This document shows positions 17,212 to 26,299 of a stretch of DNA of 64,000 nt, piece after piece; position 1 is the first letter of the stretch, and each line of letters opens with the position of its first letter. A program made the position numbers and the translations under genes. Under the pieces are notes generated by a model. It made no database searches. It saw nothing but the letters and a program-made list of their open reading frames with translations, and was not told the origin of the DNA. Source of the DNA: an uncultured Steroidobacteraceae bacterium (GTDB taxonomy: Bacteria > Pseudomonadota > Gammaproteobacteria > Steroidobacterales > Steroidobacteraceae); assembly GCA_964553405.1 (NCBI GenBank), contig CAZKLS010000002.1, positions 3,842-67,841 of the forward strand, written 5' to 3'.

Positions 17212-18336
17212 TCAGGAACCGAGCGCCTGGTCCAGGTCGCGCACCAGGTCCTCGGCGTTCTCGAGCCCGACCGACAGCCTGATCAGGTTGGGCGGCGTCG
17301 TGGTGCGCGGCCCCTCGATCGAAGCGCGGTGCTCGATCAGGCTCTCCACGCCGCCGAGGCTGGTCGCGCGCGTGAAGATCGCGGTTCGGGCCACGACCGC
17401 GAGCGCCGCCGCGGCGTCGCCCGGCACCTGGAACGAAACCACCCCGCCGTAGCCGCCGTCCATCTGCCGCGCTGCCAGCGCGTGCCCCGGATGCGATTCG
17501 AGACCGGGATAGTGGACAGTGAGCACGCGCCGGTCCGCGGCGAGAGCGCGCGCCAGCGTGAGCGCATTCTCCGCCTGGCCCCGCACCCTGCAGGGCAGCG
17601 TCGCCAGGCTGCGCAGCAGCAGCCAGCAGTCGAACGGGGACGGTATCCCGCCCGCGGATGACTGGAATTCCCTCAACCGTTCGAGGGGCGGCCCCGCGTC
17701 CTTCACGACTACGACGCCGCCGAGCAGGTCGCTGTGCCCGCCGAGGTACTTGGTCGAGCTGTGCATCACGAGGTCGGCCCCGAGCTCGAGCGGGCGTTGC
17801 AGCACCGGGCTGGCAAACGTGTTGTCGCAGGCGAGCAGCGCGCCCTGCGCGTGTGCGAGGTCCGCGATGGCCGCGATGTCGCTGATCCGGAGCAGCGGGT
17901 TGGACGGGGTCTCCAGCCACAGCAGCGACGCTCCGGCTTCCAGCGCCCGTTCCACCGCGGACAGGTCGGTCATGTCCACGAAGTCGCTGCGTATGCCGAA
18001 GCGCGGCAGCAGCTCCCGGAGCTGGGCCGCGGTGCCGTGATAGCAGTCCTCGGAACACAGCACCCGGCCGCCGGGCGCTGCGAGACTGAACACGGCCAGC
18101 GAGGCGGCGGAGCCTGAGGCGAAGGCGACGGCCTGCGTTCCGGACTCCAGCGCCGCGATCGCCCGCTCGAGCGAGGCGCGATTGGGATTGTCCGCCCGTG
18201 CGTAGCTGAAACCTCGCGGATATCCGCCCTCGACCGACCGCTCGAAAGTGGTCGACAGGTGGATCGGCTCGCGCACCGCGCCGGTCGCAGCGTCGATCGC
18301 GCGGCCGGCATGAATCGCCAGGGTCTCTATCTTCAT
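17212..18336 (-). CDS. Trans-sulfuration PLP enzyme (cystathionine gamma-synthase / gamma-lyase family)
   Basis: MKIETLAIHAGR...NPNRASLE...HSSTKYLGGHSD (PLP-Lys motif), 374 aa. Its start overlaps the upstream stop by 4 nt. Confidence 0.8.
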   Translation of the reverse strand: MKIETLAIHAGRAIDAATGAVREPIHLSTTFERSVEGGYPRGFSYARADNPNRASLERAIAALESGTQAVAFASGSAASLAVFSLAAPGGRVLCSEDCYHGTAAQLRELLPRFGIRSDFVDMTDLSAVERALEAGASLLWLETPSNPLLRISDIAAIADLAHAQGALLACDNTFASPVLQRPLELGADLVMHSSTKYLGGHSDLLGGVVVVKDAGPPLERLREFQSSAGGIPSPFDCWLLLRSLATLPCRVRGQAENALTLARALAADRRVLTVHYPGLESHPGHALAARQMDGGYGGVVSFQVPGDAAAALAVVARTAIFTRATSLGGVESLIEHRASIEGPRTTTPPNLIRLSVGLENAEDLVRDLDQALGS

Positions 18337-20150
18337 CGTGGCGGCTCGTACTCCTGCAGGCCGACGACCAGCATGCCCGGCCCGCCGTGCGCGCCGAGCG
18401 CGCTGCCGAGTGGCAGCAGCCGCGCATAGCACACGTTCGGCCCGCTCAGGCGGTCCAGCAGCCACTGTCCGTCGCTTTCGCAGTTCGCGTGACCCACGAG
18501 CACGCGGTAGCTGCGGCTCGGGTCCATTCGTCGCCGCACGAAGCCGGCGAACTTCTCCCTGAGCCGCCCGCGTCCGAACACCACGCCGCCGGGCGTGACG
18601 CGGCCCCGTGCGTCGTTGTGCAGGACCGGCATCAGCCGGAACGCGTCCGCGACGTTCTTGACCCAGCGCGGCACCCGTCCCCCGCGCACCGCGTACTCCA
18701 GCGATCCCGCGAGGCCGAAGGTCCGTGTCCGGGGCAGGATCGCGCGGGTCGCCGCGGCGATCTGCTCGCCGTCCATCCCGGCCCTGGCGCATTCGGCCGC
18801 GAACATCGCGACCAGTCCCTGGCCGAGCGAAGCATTCATGCTGTCGATCACGGTCACCTGGCCGTGGGTGCGGGTTCGGGCCGCGGCCATCTCGGCGGCT
18901 GCGCAGGTGCCGCTGACCTGCCGGGTCAGGTTCACCGAGATCACCGAGGAGTAATGCGAGCCGAGAAACTCGAACTGGCGACGGAAGTCCCCGGGCGGGG
19001 GCTGGGACGTCGTGGGCGGCTCGGGATTGCGCTGGATCTCGTGGAAGAACTCGTCCGGCGTGATGCCGACCTTGTCCAGGTAGCTCCGCTCGCCGAAATG
19101 AACGCGCAGCGGCACGATGTGGATGTCGAGGCGATCGAGCTCCTCTTCGGGAATGTCCGCCGCGGAATCGGTGACGACGGCGACCCGGCGGGCTGCAGCG
19201 TGCGCCGAGTGCTGCTGGCGCAGCATGTCGTCGGCCTTCTCGTTCGATACGCGGCCGAAGCGGGCCGCGATGCGGAACACCTCGGCCGGTTCGTTGACGT
19301 GCACGTGGATGCGCACCTTGTGCTGCAGCCCCGCGACCACCAGGCTGCTGCCGATCGGCGCCAGTGCCTCGCGCAGCCGGCGGCGGTCGACCTGCTCCGC
19401 GAGCACGATGCACTCGGTGCAGTAGCGGTGCTCGAGATCCTGCTCCTCGCCCGCCGTGGCTTCCATGGCGGAGTCGATCACCAGCGGCACCGGTTCGGGC
19501 GGGTCGTCCTGCGATCCGGCCTCCAGGTACTCCAGCATGCCCGAAACCAGCTCGAAGAAGCCCAGCGCTCCTGCGTCCACCACGTTCGCGCGCCGCAGCG
19601 CCTCCAGCTGATGCGTAGTGCGTTGCACCGACTGCTGCGCTGCCGCCACGCCGCGCCGCAGCAGCGCCAGGAAATCCTGAGCACCCTCGATCGAGGTCTC
19701 CTGCAGCGCCCGGGCGAAATCGGTCAGCACGCTCAAGATCGTGCCATCGCGCGGGTCGCTCAGGCTGTCCCTGGCATACGAGGCACCGCCTGCGACACCT
19801 TCGACGAAGTCGCCCGGGCTCAGCCGGCCGAGATGCCCCAGCCGGTCGCAGAGACCGAGAAAGAACTGCGCGAGGATCGCGCCGGAATTGCCGCGCGCGC
19901 CGTCGAGCGCGGCGTCGGCGACCCGTGTCAACGTCTGCCCGGCATGGCTGTCGGGCCAGCGCTTCAGCGTGCCGAGCACCGCGCTCATCGTCAGCGCGAG
20001 GTTGGTGCCGGTGTCGCCATCGGGCACCGGGAACACGTTGATCTTGTTCAGGTGTTCCTGGCGCAGCAGGACGCGATGAATGCCCGCCTTCAGCGCCCGG
20101 TTCAGGCGGATTCCATCGAGGCCGTCGACGATAACGACTGCGGAGCTCAA
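18333..20150 (-). CDS. DAK2 (DhaL/FakA-like kinase) domain fused to a DegV (FakB-like fatty-acid-binding) domain
   Basis: N-terminus: NVFPVPDGDTGTNLALT...ARGNSGAILAQF...VVDAGALGF (Dak2). Middle: YCTECIVL...SSLVVAGLQHKVRIHVHVNEP (FakA/YloV-like). C-terminus: VAVVTDSAADIPEE...TTSQPPPGDF...VNLTRQVSGTCAAA...VIDS (DegV). The TTG start at 20150 is the only in-frame start between the gspB stop and the conserved block. Confidence 0.75.
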   Translation of the reverse strand: MSSAVVIVDGLDGIRLNRALKAGIHRVLLRQEHLNKINVFPVPDGDTGTNLALTMSAVLGTLKRWPDSHAGQTLTRVADAALDGARGNSGAILAQFFLGLCDRLGHLGRLSPGDFVEGVAGGASYARDSLSDPRDGTILSVLTDFARALQETSIEGAQDFLALLRRGVAAAQQSVQRTTHQLEALRRANVVDAGALGFFELVSGMLEYLEAGSQDDPPEPVPLVIDSAMEATAGEEQDLEHRYCTECIVLAEQVDRRRLREALAPIGSSLVVAGLQHKVRIHVHVNEPAEVFRIAARFGRVSNEKADDMLRQQHSAHAAARRVAVVTDSAADIPEEELDRLDIHIVPLRVHFGERSYLDKVGITPDEFFHEIQRNPEPPTTSQPPPGDFRRQFEFLGSHYSSVISVNLTRQVSGTCAAAEMAAARTRTHGQVTVIDSMNASLGQGLVAMFAAECARAGMDGEQIAAATRAILPRTRTFGLAGSLEYAVRGGRVPRWVKNVADAFRLMPVLHNDARGRVTPGGVVFGRGRLREKFAGFVRRRMDPSRSYRVLVGHANCESDGQWLLDRLSGPNVCYARLLPLGSALGAHGGPGMLVVGLQEYEPPR

Positions 20151-20161
20151 CGCGGGACCCG

Positions 20162-20932
20162 TCAGTCGCGCGGCAGCAGGTAGCGATTGCCGCGCAGGCT
20201 GAGGACGACCCCGTCGCTCCGGATCTCCTCGACGCGCGGCCCCTCGGCGAGGGTCTCGCCTTCGCGGTACTTGCGGGAGTTGATGAACACGAAGCGCTGC
20301 GCGGCGTCGTTCGCATACACGTGCAGCTCGAGCTTCAGTTCCGGCACGCCACCCGGCGCCATGATCTCGTCGGCGGTGGGCAGGCCGGCAGCAGCGTTGC
20401 CCGGTACCGGCAGACTCGCCGCGGTCACCGGCCCGGCCTCGGGCAGCGACTGGTAGATCACGCTGCCGCCGCTGCGCGGCGCGGCACTCACGGCGGGGGG
20501 TCCCGCGGGCGGCGCCGCGGCACCGTCTTGCAACTCCCGGTCGAGCTTGGGTTCGCGCACGGCGACTTCGTCCTCGAGAGGGTTGCGTCCGGGACCCGTC
20601 GCCGGCCGGGGCTGCGCGGGCCGCATCATCGGTGACGGTTCGGCCGGTGCCGGCCGCGTCCTCGTGACGGTGGCCCGTTCGGGAGCCGCACTCGCGGGCC
20701 CGGCAGCGGTCGGTCCGGCCGTGGCCACGGCTTCGGGCGGCTCGTCTCGCGACATGTGCAGCAGCAGGAATCCGAAGGCGAACAGGTTCACGACCAGCAG
20801 CGCGACGGCGCCGGTCGCCCAGAAGTTCTTCCCCTTGCGCGCTGGCGCCACGGCCGTTTCGGCCAGTGTCGGGCCGCTCTGGCGATGGCGCTCGTGCTCG
20901 GATTTTCGCAGCGCGTCGAGGATGAAGGACAT
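20162..20932 (-). CDS. gspB: Type II secretion assembly factor GspB/ExeB-like
   Basis: MSFILDALRKSEHER N-terminus, a single TM, and C-terminal LELHVYANDAAQRFVFINSRKYREGETL (T2SSB-like). Confidence 0.65.
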   Translation of the reverse strand: MSFILDALRKSEHERHRQSGPTLAETAVAPARKGKNFWATGAVALLVVNLFAFGFLLLHMSRDEPPEAVATAGPTAAGPASAAPERATVTRTRPAPAEPSPMMRPAQPRPATGPGRNPLEDEVAVREPKLDRELQDGAAAPPAGPPAVSAAPRSGGSVIYQSLPEAGPVTAASLPVPGNAAAGLPTADEIMAPGGVPELKLELHVYANDAAQRFVFINSRKYREGETLAEGPRVEEIRSDGVVLSLRGNRYLLPRD

Positions 20933-20938
20933 GCTGGC

Positions 20939-22603
20939 TCAGCCCCTCGCCGCTTCGTCCACGATCGTCGGCGAGCCGGTCGCGTTCAGCACCGTGTCGA
21001 GCACGATCTGGGTCTGCACGCCGGCGATGCCGTCCACGGCCAGGCGATGTTGCCGCTGGAAGTCCTGCACCCGCCGGGTGAGGTCCTCGTCGTACACGTC
21101 GCTGGTGACCGGCGCGGGCGCGAGCCCTTCCGCCAGCTGCAGGCTCTCGCGCAGCCAGCGCACGTCCTCGCCGCGCATGCCCGGGCCCAGCGCCTTGACG
21201 ACCGCGATCGGCGGGCGCCACAGCAGCAGGAAGTCGCCGAACCAGTAGCGCGAGAGATCGGTGATGGGCAGGTCGATCCGATCCGCGCCCAGCTCGATCG
21301 TCGCCGTTTCGTCGTCCAGTCCGGCCAGGACGACCTGGTGCGTACGCCCGACGTCGTCGGTCAGCGTCAGGATGGCGGGGCGGTTCAGCGTCCGCAGCTG
21401 CGCCCAGGATCCCTTCTGGAACAGGCACTCCAGCCCCTGGCCGACGGCCTGTTCGCAGCCGCGCCCGCGCCCCGGGTCGTAGCTGGCTCCCCAGAGCGAG
21501 AAAAGCGTTCCGAGCGCGGCCTCGGTCGTGGTCTCGTTGGCTCGATGCACCAGCAGTTGCTCGATCGCTGGCGGCGAGGGCGCGAGCACCGGCTCGACAG
21601 GCTCCGCTGGCGGCGCGGCTGTCGCGACCTGCGTCACCGGGTCGCCTGCGTCGGCGCGCTCGGCGCCGGCGACCGGAACATCGAGCCCGGCCGGCCGGTC
21701 ACGCTTCAGCGACCACAGCCCGAATCCGATCAGCGCCAGCGCCGCGGCGAGCGCCGCGGCGGTTCCCCACTTGAGCCATGGCGCGGGAACCGGACGACCG
21801 TACACCTCCGACGCGGCCTGGCGGATCAGTCCCGCGCCGACGCGATGGTCCTCTCGCGTGAACGCGCCGAGCAGTGCGCGGTCGCAGATCACGTTGATCA
21901 CGCGGGGGATGCCGCCACTCAGCCGGTGCACCTCGCGCAGCGCGGCGCGCGAGAAGGCCTCGGCCGTCGCGCCTGCGACCCGCATGCGATGCTTCACGTA
22001 GCCGGCGGATTCCTCCGCCGACAACGGACTCAGGTGGTATCGGCCGGTGATGCGCTGTGCCAGCTGCCGCAGGTCCGGCTGGTCGAGCAAGGCCCTGAGC
22101 TCCGGCTGCCCGATCAGGATGATCTGCAGCAGCTTCGTCGTGGCCGTCTCGAGGTTGGTCAGCAGCCGCACCTGCTCGAGCGTCTGGGGACTCAGGTTCT
22201 GCGCCTCGTCAACTATCAGCACGACCCGGCGCCCGCGGGCATGGGTTTCGAGCAGGTGGCGGCCGAGCAGGTCCATCAGCGTCTTGGTGCTGCCGCGGCC
22301 CGGCTCCGGCACTTGGATGTGCAGTTCCTCGCATATCGTGAGCAGGAACTCGGCCGGCGTGATGCGGGGATTCAGGATCAGCGCCACGTCCGCATGGGAT
22401 GGCAGCTGCTCCAGCAGGCTACGGATGATCGTGGTCTTTCCGGTGCCGACCTCGCCGGTCAGCTGCACGAATCCGCCCGCCTCGTTGATGCCGTAGAGCA
22501 GGTGCGCGAGCGCCTCGGCATGCCGCTCGCTCAGGTAGAGGTAGCGGGGATCCGGCGTGATGGCGAAGGGCTTTTCCTGGAGCCCGAAAAAACTCGTGTA
22601 CAT
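20939..22603 (-). CDS. gspA: GspA/ExeA-type AAA ATPase with C-terminal peptidoglycan-binding domain
   Basis: MYTSFFGLQEKPFAITPDPRYLY...GEVGTGKTT Walker A, one TM, and C-terminal LTRRVQDFQRQHRLAVDGIAGVQT (PG_binding_1-like). Confidence 0.8.
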   Translation of the reverse strand: MYTSFFGLQEKPFAITPDPRYLYLSERHAEALAHLLYGINEAGGFVQLTGEVGTGKTTIIRSLLEQLPSHADVALILNPRITPAEFLLTICEELHIQVPEPGRGSTKTLMDLLGRHLLETHARGRRVVLIVDEAQNLSPQTLEQVRLLTNLETATTKLLQIILIGQPELRALLDQPDLRQLAQRITGRYHLSPLSAEESAGYVKHRMRVAGATAEAFSRAALREVHRLSGGIPRVINVICDRALLGAFTREDHRVGAGLIRQAASEVYGRPVPAPWLKWGTAAALAAALALIGFGLWSLKRDRPAGLDVPVAGAERADAGDPVTQVATAAPPAEPVEPVLAPSPPAIEQLLVHRANETTTEAALGTLFSLWGASYDPGRGRGCEQAVGQGLECLFQKGSWAQLRTLNRPAILTLTDDVGRTHQVVLAGLDDETATIELGADRIDLPITDLSRYWFGDFLLLWRPPIAVVKALGPGMRGEDVRWLRESLQLAEGLAPAPVTSDVYDEDLTRRVQDFQRQHRLAVDGIAGVQTQIVLDTVLNATGSPTIVDEAARG

Positions 22604-22734
22604 CTGGGTTTGGGGCCGTTTCCGGCGCCTTGGCGGTCCACAATGATGCCTGTGCGGGTCCGGGATGACTAGCGCCGCCGGGGTGCTGCGCCGAAGTCAT
22701 CGGGAGCGCCGCCCGCGGCCACTGCCGCCTTGCG

Positions 22735-23931
22735 TCAGCGACGCCGTCCCCGGGCCGGCTGCCCGCCCGGCCCGGCGAGCGTGCTGGCTCTCGCGACTGC
22801 AACCCGGCCGAAGCGTTCGCGAATCCGGTCCACCGTCGCGTCGAGCTGCCGGTTCCGGGTCGTCTGCGGCACGGTGAACAGTTCGAGCTGGGACGCGGGC
22901 GCGAGGCCGCTCACGCCGACGCCGAGCAGCCGCAGCGCCGAGCCCGGCTCGCTCGCGCGCCATGACTCGAACAACTCCAGGGCGATCGTGGTCAGCACCT
23001 GCGTCTCCTGGGTGGGGGGCTCGAAATGCCTCTGCCGCGTGCAGGTGGCGAAGTCGCCACGGCGGATCTTGACCACGACGCAGCTCGCCGTGAGCCCCTT
23101 CGCGCGCAGTCGTGCGCCGATCCTGTCCGCGAGCTGCACCAGCTCCGAGCGAAGTCGCGCAGGCTCGGCGATGTCCGCATCGAAGGTCTCTTCCGCGCTG
23201 ATCTGCTTCTCGTCCCGGTCCGGCACGACGGGCCGGTCGTCGATGCCGGCCGCGCGCTGCCGGACGAGTTCGGCGTGGCGGCCGAATACCGTCCTCAGTC
23301 GGGCCGCGTCCGCGACCCGCAGCTCACCGAGCGTGCGGATGCCCAGCGCCTCGACCCTGGCCGCCGTCTTCGCGCCGAGCCCGGACAACCGGCGGACCGG
23401 CAGCGGGTCGAGCACCGCGTTGACCTCGGCGGCGCTCACCACGACCAGCCCGTCGGGCTTCTCGAGGTCCGAGGCGATCTTGGCCACCAGCTTGTTCGGT
23501 GCGACGCCGACCGAAGCCGCAAGCCCGGTCCGCTCCCGGACCCGGCGCTTGACCTGCCGTGCGACCCGCTCCCCGTCGCCGTCGAGCGTTGCGCCCGCCG
23601 TCACGTCGAGGAATGCCTCGTCCAGCGACAGTCCCTGCACCAGCGGCGTGAACTCATTGAAGATGCCGAAAATCTGGCGCGAAATCGCCTGGTAGTGCGA
23701 CATCCGCGGCTGGACGCAGACGGCCTGCGGGCAACGACGCAGTGCTTCGCGCATCGGCATGGCCGAGCGCACGCCGAAGGCGCGCACCTCGTAGCTCGCG
23801 GCTGCCACGACGCCCCGCCCGCCGGTGCCGCCCACGATCACCGGGCGGCCGCGCAGCGCGGCGTCGTCGCGCTGTTCGATGGACGCGTAGAAAGCATCCA
23901 TGTCAACGTGCAGGATCACCCGCCCATCCAT
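22735..23931 (-). CDS. dinB: DNA polymerase IV (Y-family)
   Basis: [18 protein letters not shown]...RPVIVGG...[10 protein letters not shown]. Start at MDGRV (23931). Confidence 0.85.
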   Translation of the reverse strand: MDGRVILHVDMDAFYASIEQRDDAALRGRPVIVGGTGGRGVVAAASYEVRAFGVRSAMPMREALRRCPQAVCVQPRMSHYQAISRQIFGIFNEFTPLVQGLSLDEAFLDVTAGATLDGDGERVARQVKRRVRERTGLAASVGVAPNKLVAKIASDLEKPDGLVVVSAAEVNAVLDPLPVRRLSGLGAKTAARVEALGIRTLGELRVADAARLRTVFGRHAELVRQRAAGIDDRPVVPDRDEKQISAEETFDADIAEPARLRSELVQLADRIGARLRAKGLTASCVVVKIRRGDFATCTRQRHFEPPTQETQVLTTIALELFESWRASEPGSALRLLGVGVSGLAPASQLELFTVPQTTRNRQLDATVDRIRERFGRVAVARASTLAGPGGQPARGRRR

Positions 23932-24106
23932 CGCTGCTCCGAAGCCACGCGAGTGCCGGTCGCCCGCGGATGCTAGCACCGCGACCCGGCGGCCCGCCCG
24001 CGCTCGGCCCTCATCCGGTTTGAGTCGGGTTGCGAACCGGCGAATAATGCTCTTTTACCGGCGCGGACTGCTGCGCCGCCCCCCCGGGATTTACAGGAGA
24101 CACCGC

Positions 24107-24715
24107 ATGTCCCACCACATCGAACTGCCCCCATTGCCCTACGCGCCCGATGCGCTCGCACCGGTGATCTCGGCCGAGACCATGTCGTTCCATTACGGCA
24201 AGCACCACAAGGCCTACGTCGACAACCTGAACAAGCTGGTCGCCGGCACCGAACACGCCGACACGCCGCTCGAGAAACTGATCGCCGCGGTCGCCGGCAA
24301 GGCCGACAAGGCCGGCATGTTCAACAACGCCGCGCAGGTCTGGAACCACACGTTCTTCTGGAACAGCATGAAGCCCGGCGGCGGCGGCGCACCGGGCGGT
24401 GCGATTGCCGGCGCGATCGACGGTGCATTCGGCAGCTACGAGAACTTCAAGAAGGAGTTCACGAACGCCGCGGTGACGCAGTTCGGCAGCGGCTGGGCGT
24501 GGCTGGTCGCGGACAAGGGTGCCGTCAAGCTCGTGAAGACGCCCAATGCCGAGACGCCGCTGACGCAGGGCGTCACGCCGCTGCTGACGATCGACGTCTG
24601 GGAGCACGCGTACTATCTGGACTACCAGAACCGCAGGCCTGATTTCGTCGCGGCGGTCATCGACAAGCTGCTCAACTGGGAGTTCGCGAACGCGAACCTC
24701 GCCCGGGCCGCCTGA
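24107..24715 (+). CDS. sodB: Iron superoxide dismutase
   Basis: [13 protein letters not shown]..., [20 protein letters not shown] (Fe-type), [24 protein letters not shown] 7 nt upstream. Confidence 0.9.
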   Translation: MSHHIELPPLPYAPDALAPVISAETMSFHYGKHHKAYVDNLNKLVAGTEHADTPLEKLIAAVAGKADKAGMFNNAAQVWNHTFFWNSMKPGGGGAPGGAIAGAIDGAFGSYENFKKEFTNAAVTQFGSGWAWLVADKGAVKLVKTPNAETPLTQGVTPLLTIDVWEHAYYLDYQNRRPDFVAAVIDKLLNWEFANANLARAA

Positions 24716-24721
24716 GGCGGG

Positions 24722-26212
24722 TCAGAGCGTCAGTGCCGTGTACAGCAGCAGGCCGACGAGCGTGAGGCTCAGGCCGACCACGTAGGCGATGCCGAGCACG
24801 GCGTACTTGGCCGACGTGACGACGGGGCCCTGGCCGTACACTCTGCGCATCGCGCGGTACAGGTAGATCGGCAGGTAGATGACGAGTGCCGCGATTGCCA
24901 CGCCCTCGGCAGCGGAGAGCCCCTTGCCGAGGGCCGTTTCGCCGGCCGTCCGCTGCAGCAGCTGCAGCAGCAGCACCGCGAGGCCGCCGAGGAAGAAGAA
25001 CGCGTGGAAGTGAACCACGAACAGCAGGTGCTCGACGTAGTAACGTCCTGAACCGATGTAGAGCACGTACATCACCGCCGCGATCAGCGGCAGGAAGATG
25101 AACATCATCTTCGGGATGTTCTCGAACATCGCGCGGCCGAAGCTCGGCGAGTCGGCGACGATCTTGCGGCAGGCTTCCCTGAGGCGCGGCTCGTAACGCT
25201 CGAGCCCGGGGCTCAACTCCAGCGACAGGCTGCCTTTGCCGCAGGGGTCCGTCAGCGTCTTCTTGACCGGCTCGAGCTGCTCGGGCGTGAGCGAGCCGAG
25301 CTTGGTCATGAACTCGCTGCGGGCGGCCTCCCGCTCGGCCTCCGGCATTCGCTTCACGATGGCGTCGATCACGGCCACCAGCTCGGCGTCGAGTTCGGGC
25401 CTGGCTGAGCCGGCCGCGGGCTCGGGCGCGGCCGGGGCTTTTGCGCCGGCCTCGGGCTCGGGTGCAGTCGGGGCTTTTGCGCCGGCCTCGGGTTTGCCGT
25501 CGCGCGTGCCCAGCTGCAGGTTCAGGTTCGCGTCACCCTTGTCGTCCACGTTGACGCGCATGCCGGCCCCCGGGTCCGTGCCGAGGTTTGCGAGCAGGAA
25601 GAAGCCGACGCTCAGGATCAGGTACATCCGGAACGGCGGCGTGTAATGCATGCGGCGGCCGCGCAGGAACTCCGCGGTCAGCAGCCCCGGCCGGAACGCG
25701 AGCGGGCGCAGCGTGCGCCAGACCCGGGAGTCCCATTCGAACAGGTCGCCGAACAGGTCCTTCAGCAGCCCCCAGAGCGAGAGCACCCGTACCCGGGCGC
25801 GCTGGCCGCAGTGCGAGCAGTGCTGGCCGGTCAGGACCTCGCCGCAGTTCAGGCAGTTCTCCGTCGAGAACTGGCCACGGATGAACTCCTCCCGCGAGGC
25901 GAGCGTCCGCTGCTCGGTCGAGATGCGACCGCCGAAGCGCTCGACGCCCTGCGCGTCCATCCGTGCAGCGTGGTCGCGCAGGTAGTCGTCCAGGGCCGCC
26001 CGGTCGCGCAGCCGGTACCGGACCATCCGGCGGACGTGTGCCGGCGAGTCCGCGTCGGCCGCGAGTATCTCGGCCGAAAGGAAACCGTCGAACTGAAGGA
26101 CGTCGGCGACGTGGTCCCGAAGCCAGGTATCGAAGTTCTTCTCGATCGCGGCGTCGGCCTCGAGTTCGACCTCGTAGGTGACGCCGGAGGGGCTTGGCAG
26201 CGCGTCGCTCAC
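24722..26212 (-). CDS. Membrane protein: N-terminal DUF4286-like alpha/beta domain, CxxC-x-CxxC zinc ribbon, DUF3667-like TM region
   Basis: CLNCGEVLTGQHCSHCGQ followed by LRPLAFRPGLLTAEFLRGRRMHYTPPFRMYL (DUF3667-like). Contains an internal P/E/A/K-rich linker and has C-terminal TM helices. Confidence 0.55.
   Translation of the reverse strand: MSDALPSPSGVTYEVELEADAAIEKNFDTWLRDHVADVLQFDGFLSAEILAADADSPAHVRRMVRYRLRDRAALDDYLRDHAARMDAQGVERFGGRISTEQRTLASREEFIRGQFSTENCLNCGEVLTGQHCSHCGQRARVRVLSLWGLLKDLFGDLFEWDSRVWRTLRPLAFRPGLLTAEFLRGRRMHYTPPFRMYLILSVGFFLLANLGTDPGAGMRVNVDDKGDANLNLQLGTRDGKPEAGAKAPTAPEPEAGAKAPAAPEPAAGSARPELDAELVAVIDAIVKRMPEAEREAARSEFMTKLGSLTPEQLEPVKKTLTDPCGKGSLSLELSPGLERYEPRLREACRKIVADSPSFGRAMFENIPKMMFIFLPLIAAVMYVLYIGSGRYYVEHLLFVVHFHAFFFLGGLAVLLLQLLQRTAGETALGKGLSAAEGVAIAALVIYLPIYLYRAMRRVYGQGPVVTSAKYAVLGIAYVVGLSLTLVGLLLYTALTL
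25417..25492. repeat. Imperfect 36-nt tandem repeat (about 2.1 copies) inside the linker of the 24722-26212 gene
   Basis: GGGGCTTTTGCGCCGGCCTCGGG occurs at 25434-25456 and again at 25470-25492. The flanks are similar (CGGGCTCGGGCGCGGCC / CGGGCTCGGGTGCAGTC). It encodes PEPEAGAKAP(T/A)APEP on the minus strand. Confidence 0.7.
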
Positions 26213-26299
26213 GCGCGCAGCTTAGCAAAGCGAACCCGCCCGAGGCCGCGGGACGCCGGCGTTGCGACGTCCGCGAGACCCCGGGTCGGCCTGCAGAGA

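Noticed and set aside
18337-21428. N-terminal extensions of the 1034-aa (17212-20316) and 1031-aa (18333-21428) minus-strand ORFs
   Set aside because: The extensions are out of frame with the well-supported DAK2-DegV, gspB and gspA genes and are Arg/Pro/Gly-rich. The real genes start at 18336 and 20150.
20162-22603. gspA-gspB as evidence of a type II secretion locus in this window
   Set aside because: No gspC-M/O or secretin genes are present. gspAB are commonly unlinked from the main gsp operon.
23932-24106. LexA/SOS box upstream of dinB
   Set aside because: No CTGT-N8-ACAG or other LexA-type dyad I know of is present. There are only CGCGG-atgctagca-CCGCG and GGTT-gcg-AACC mini-dyads of unknown meaning.
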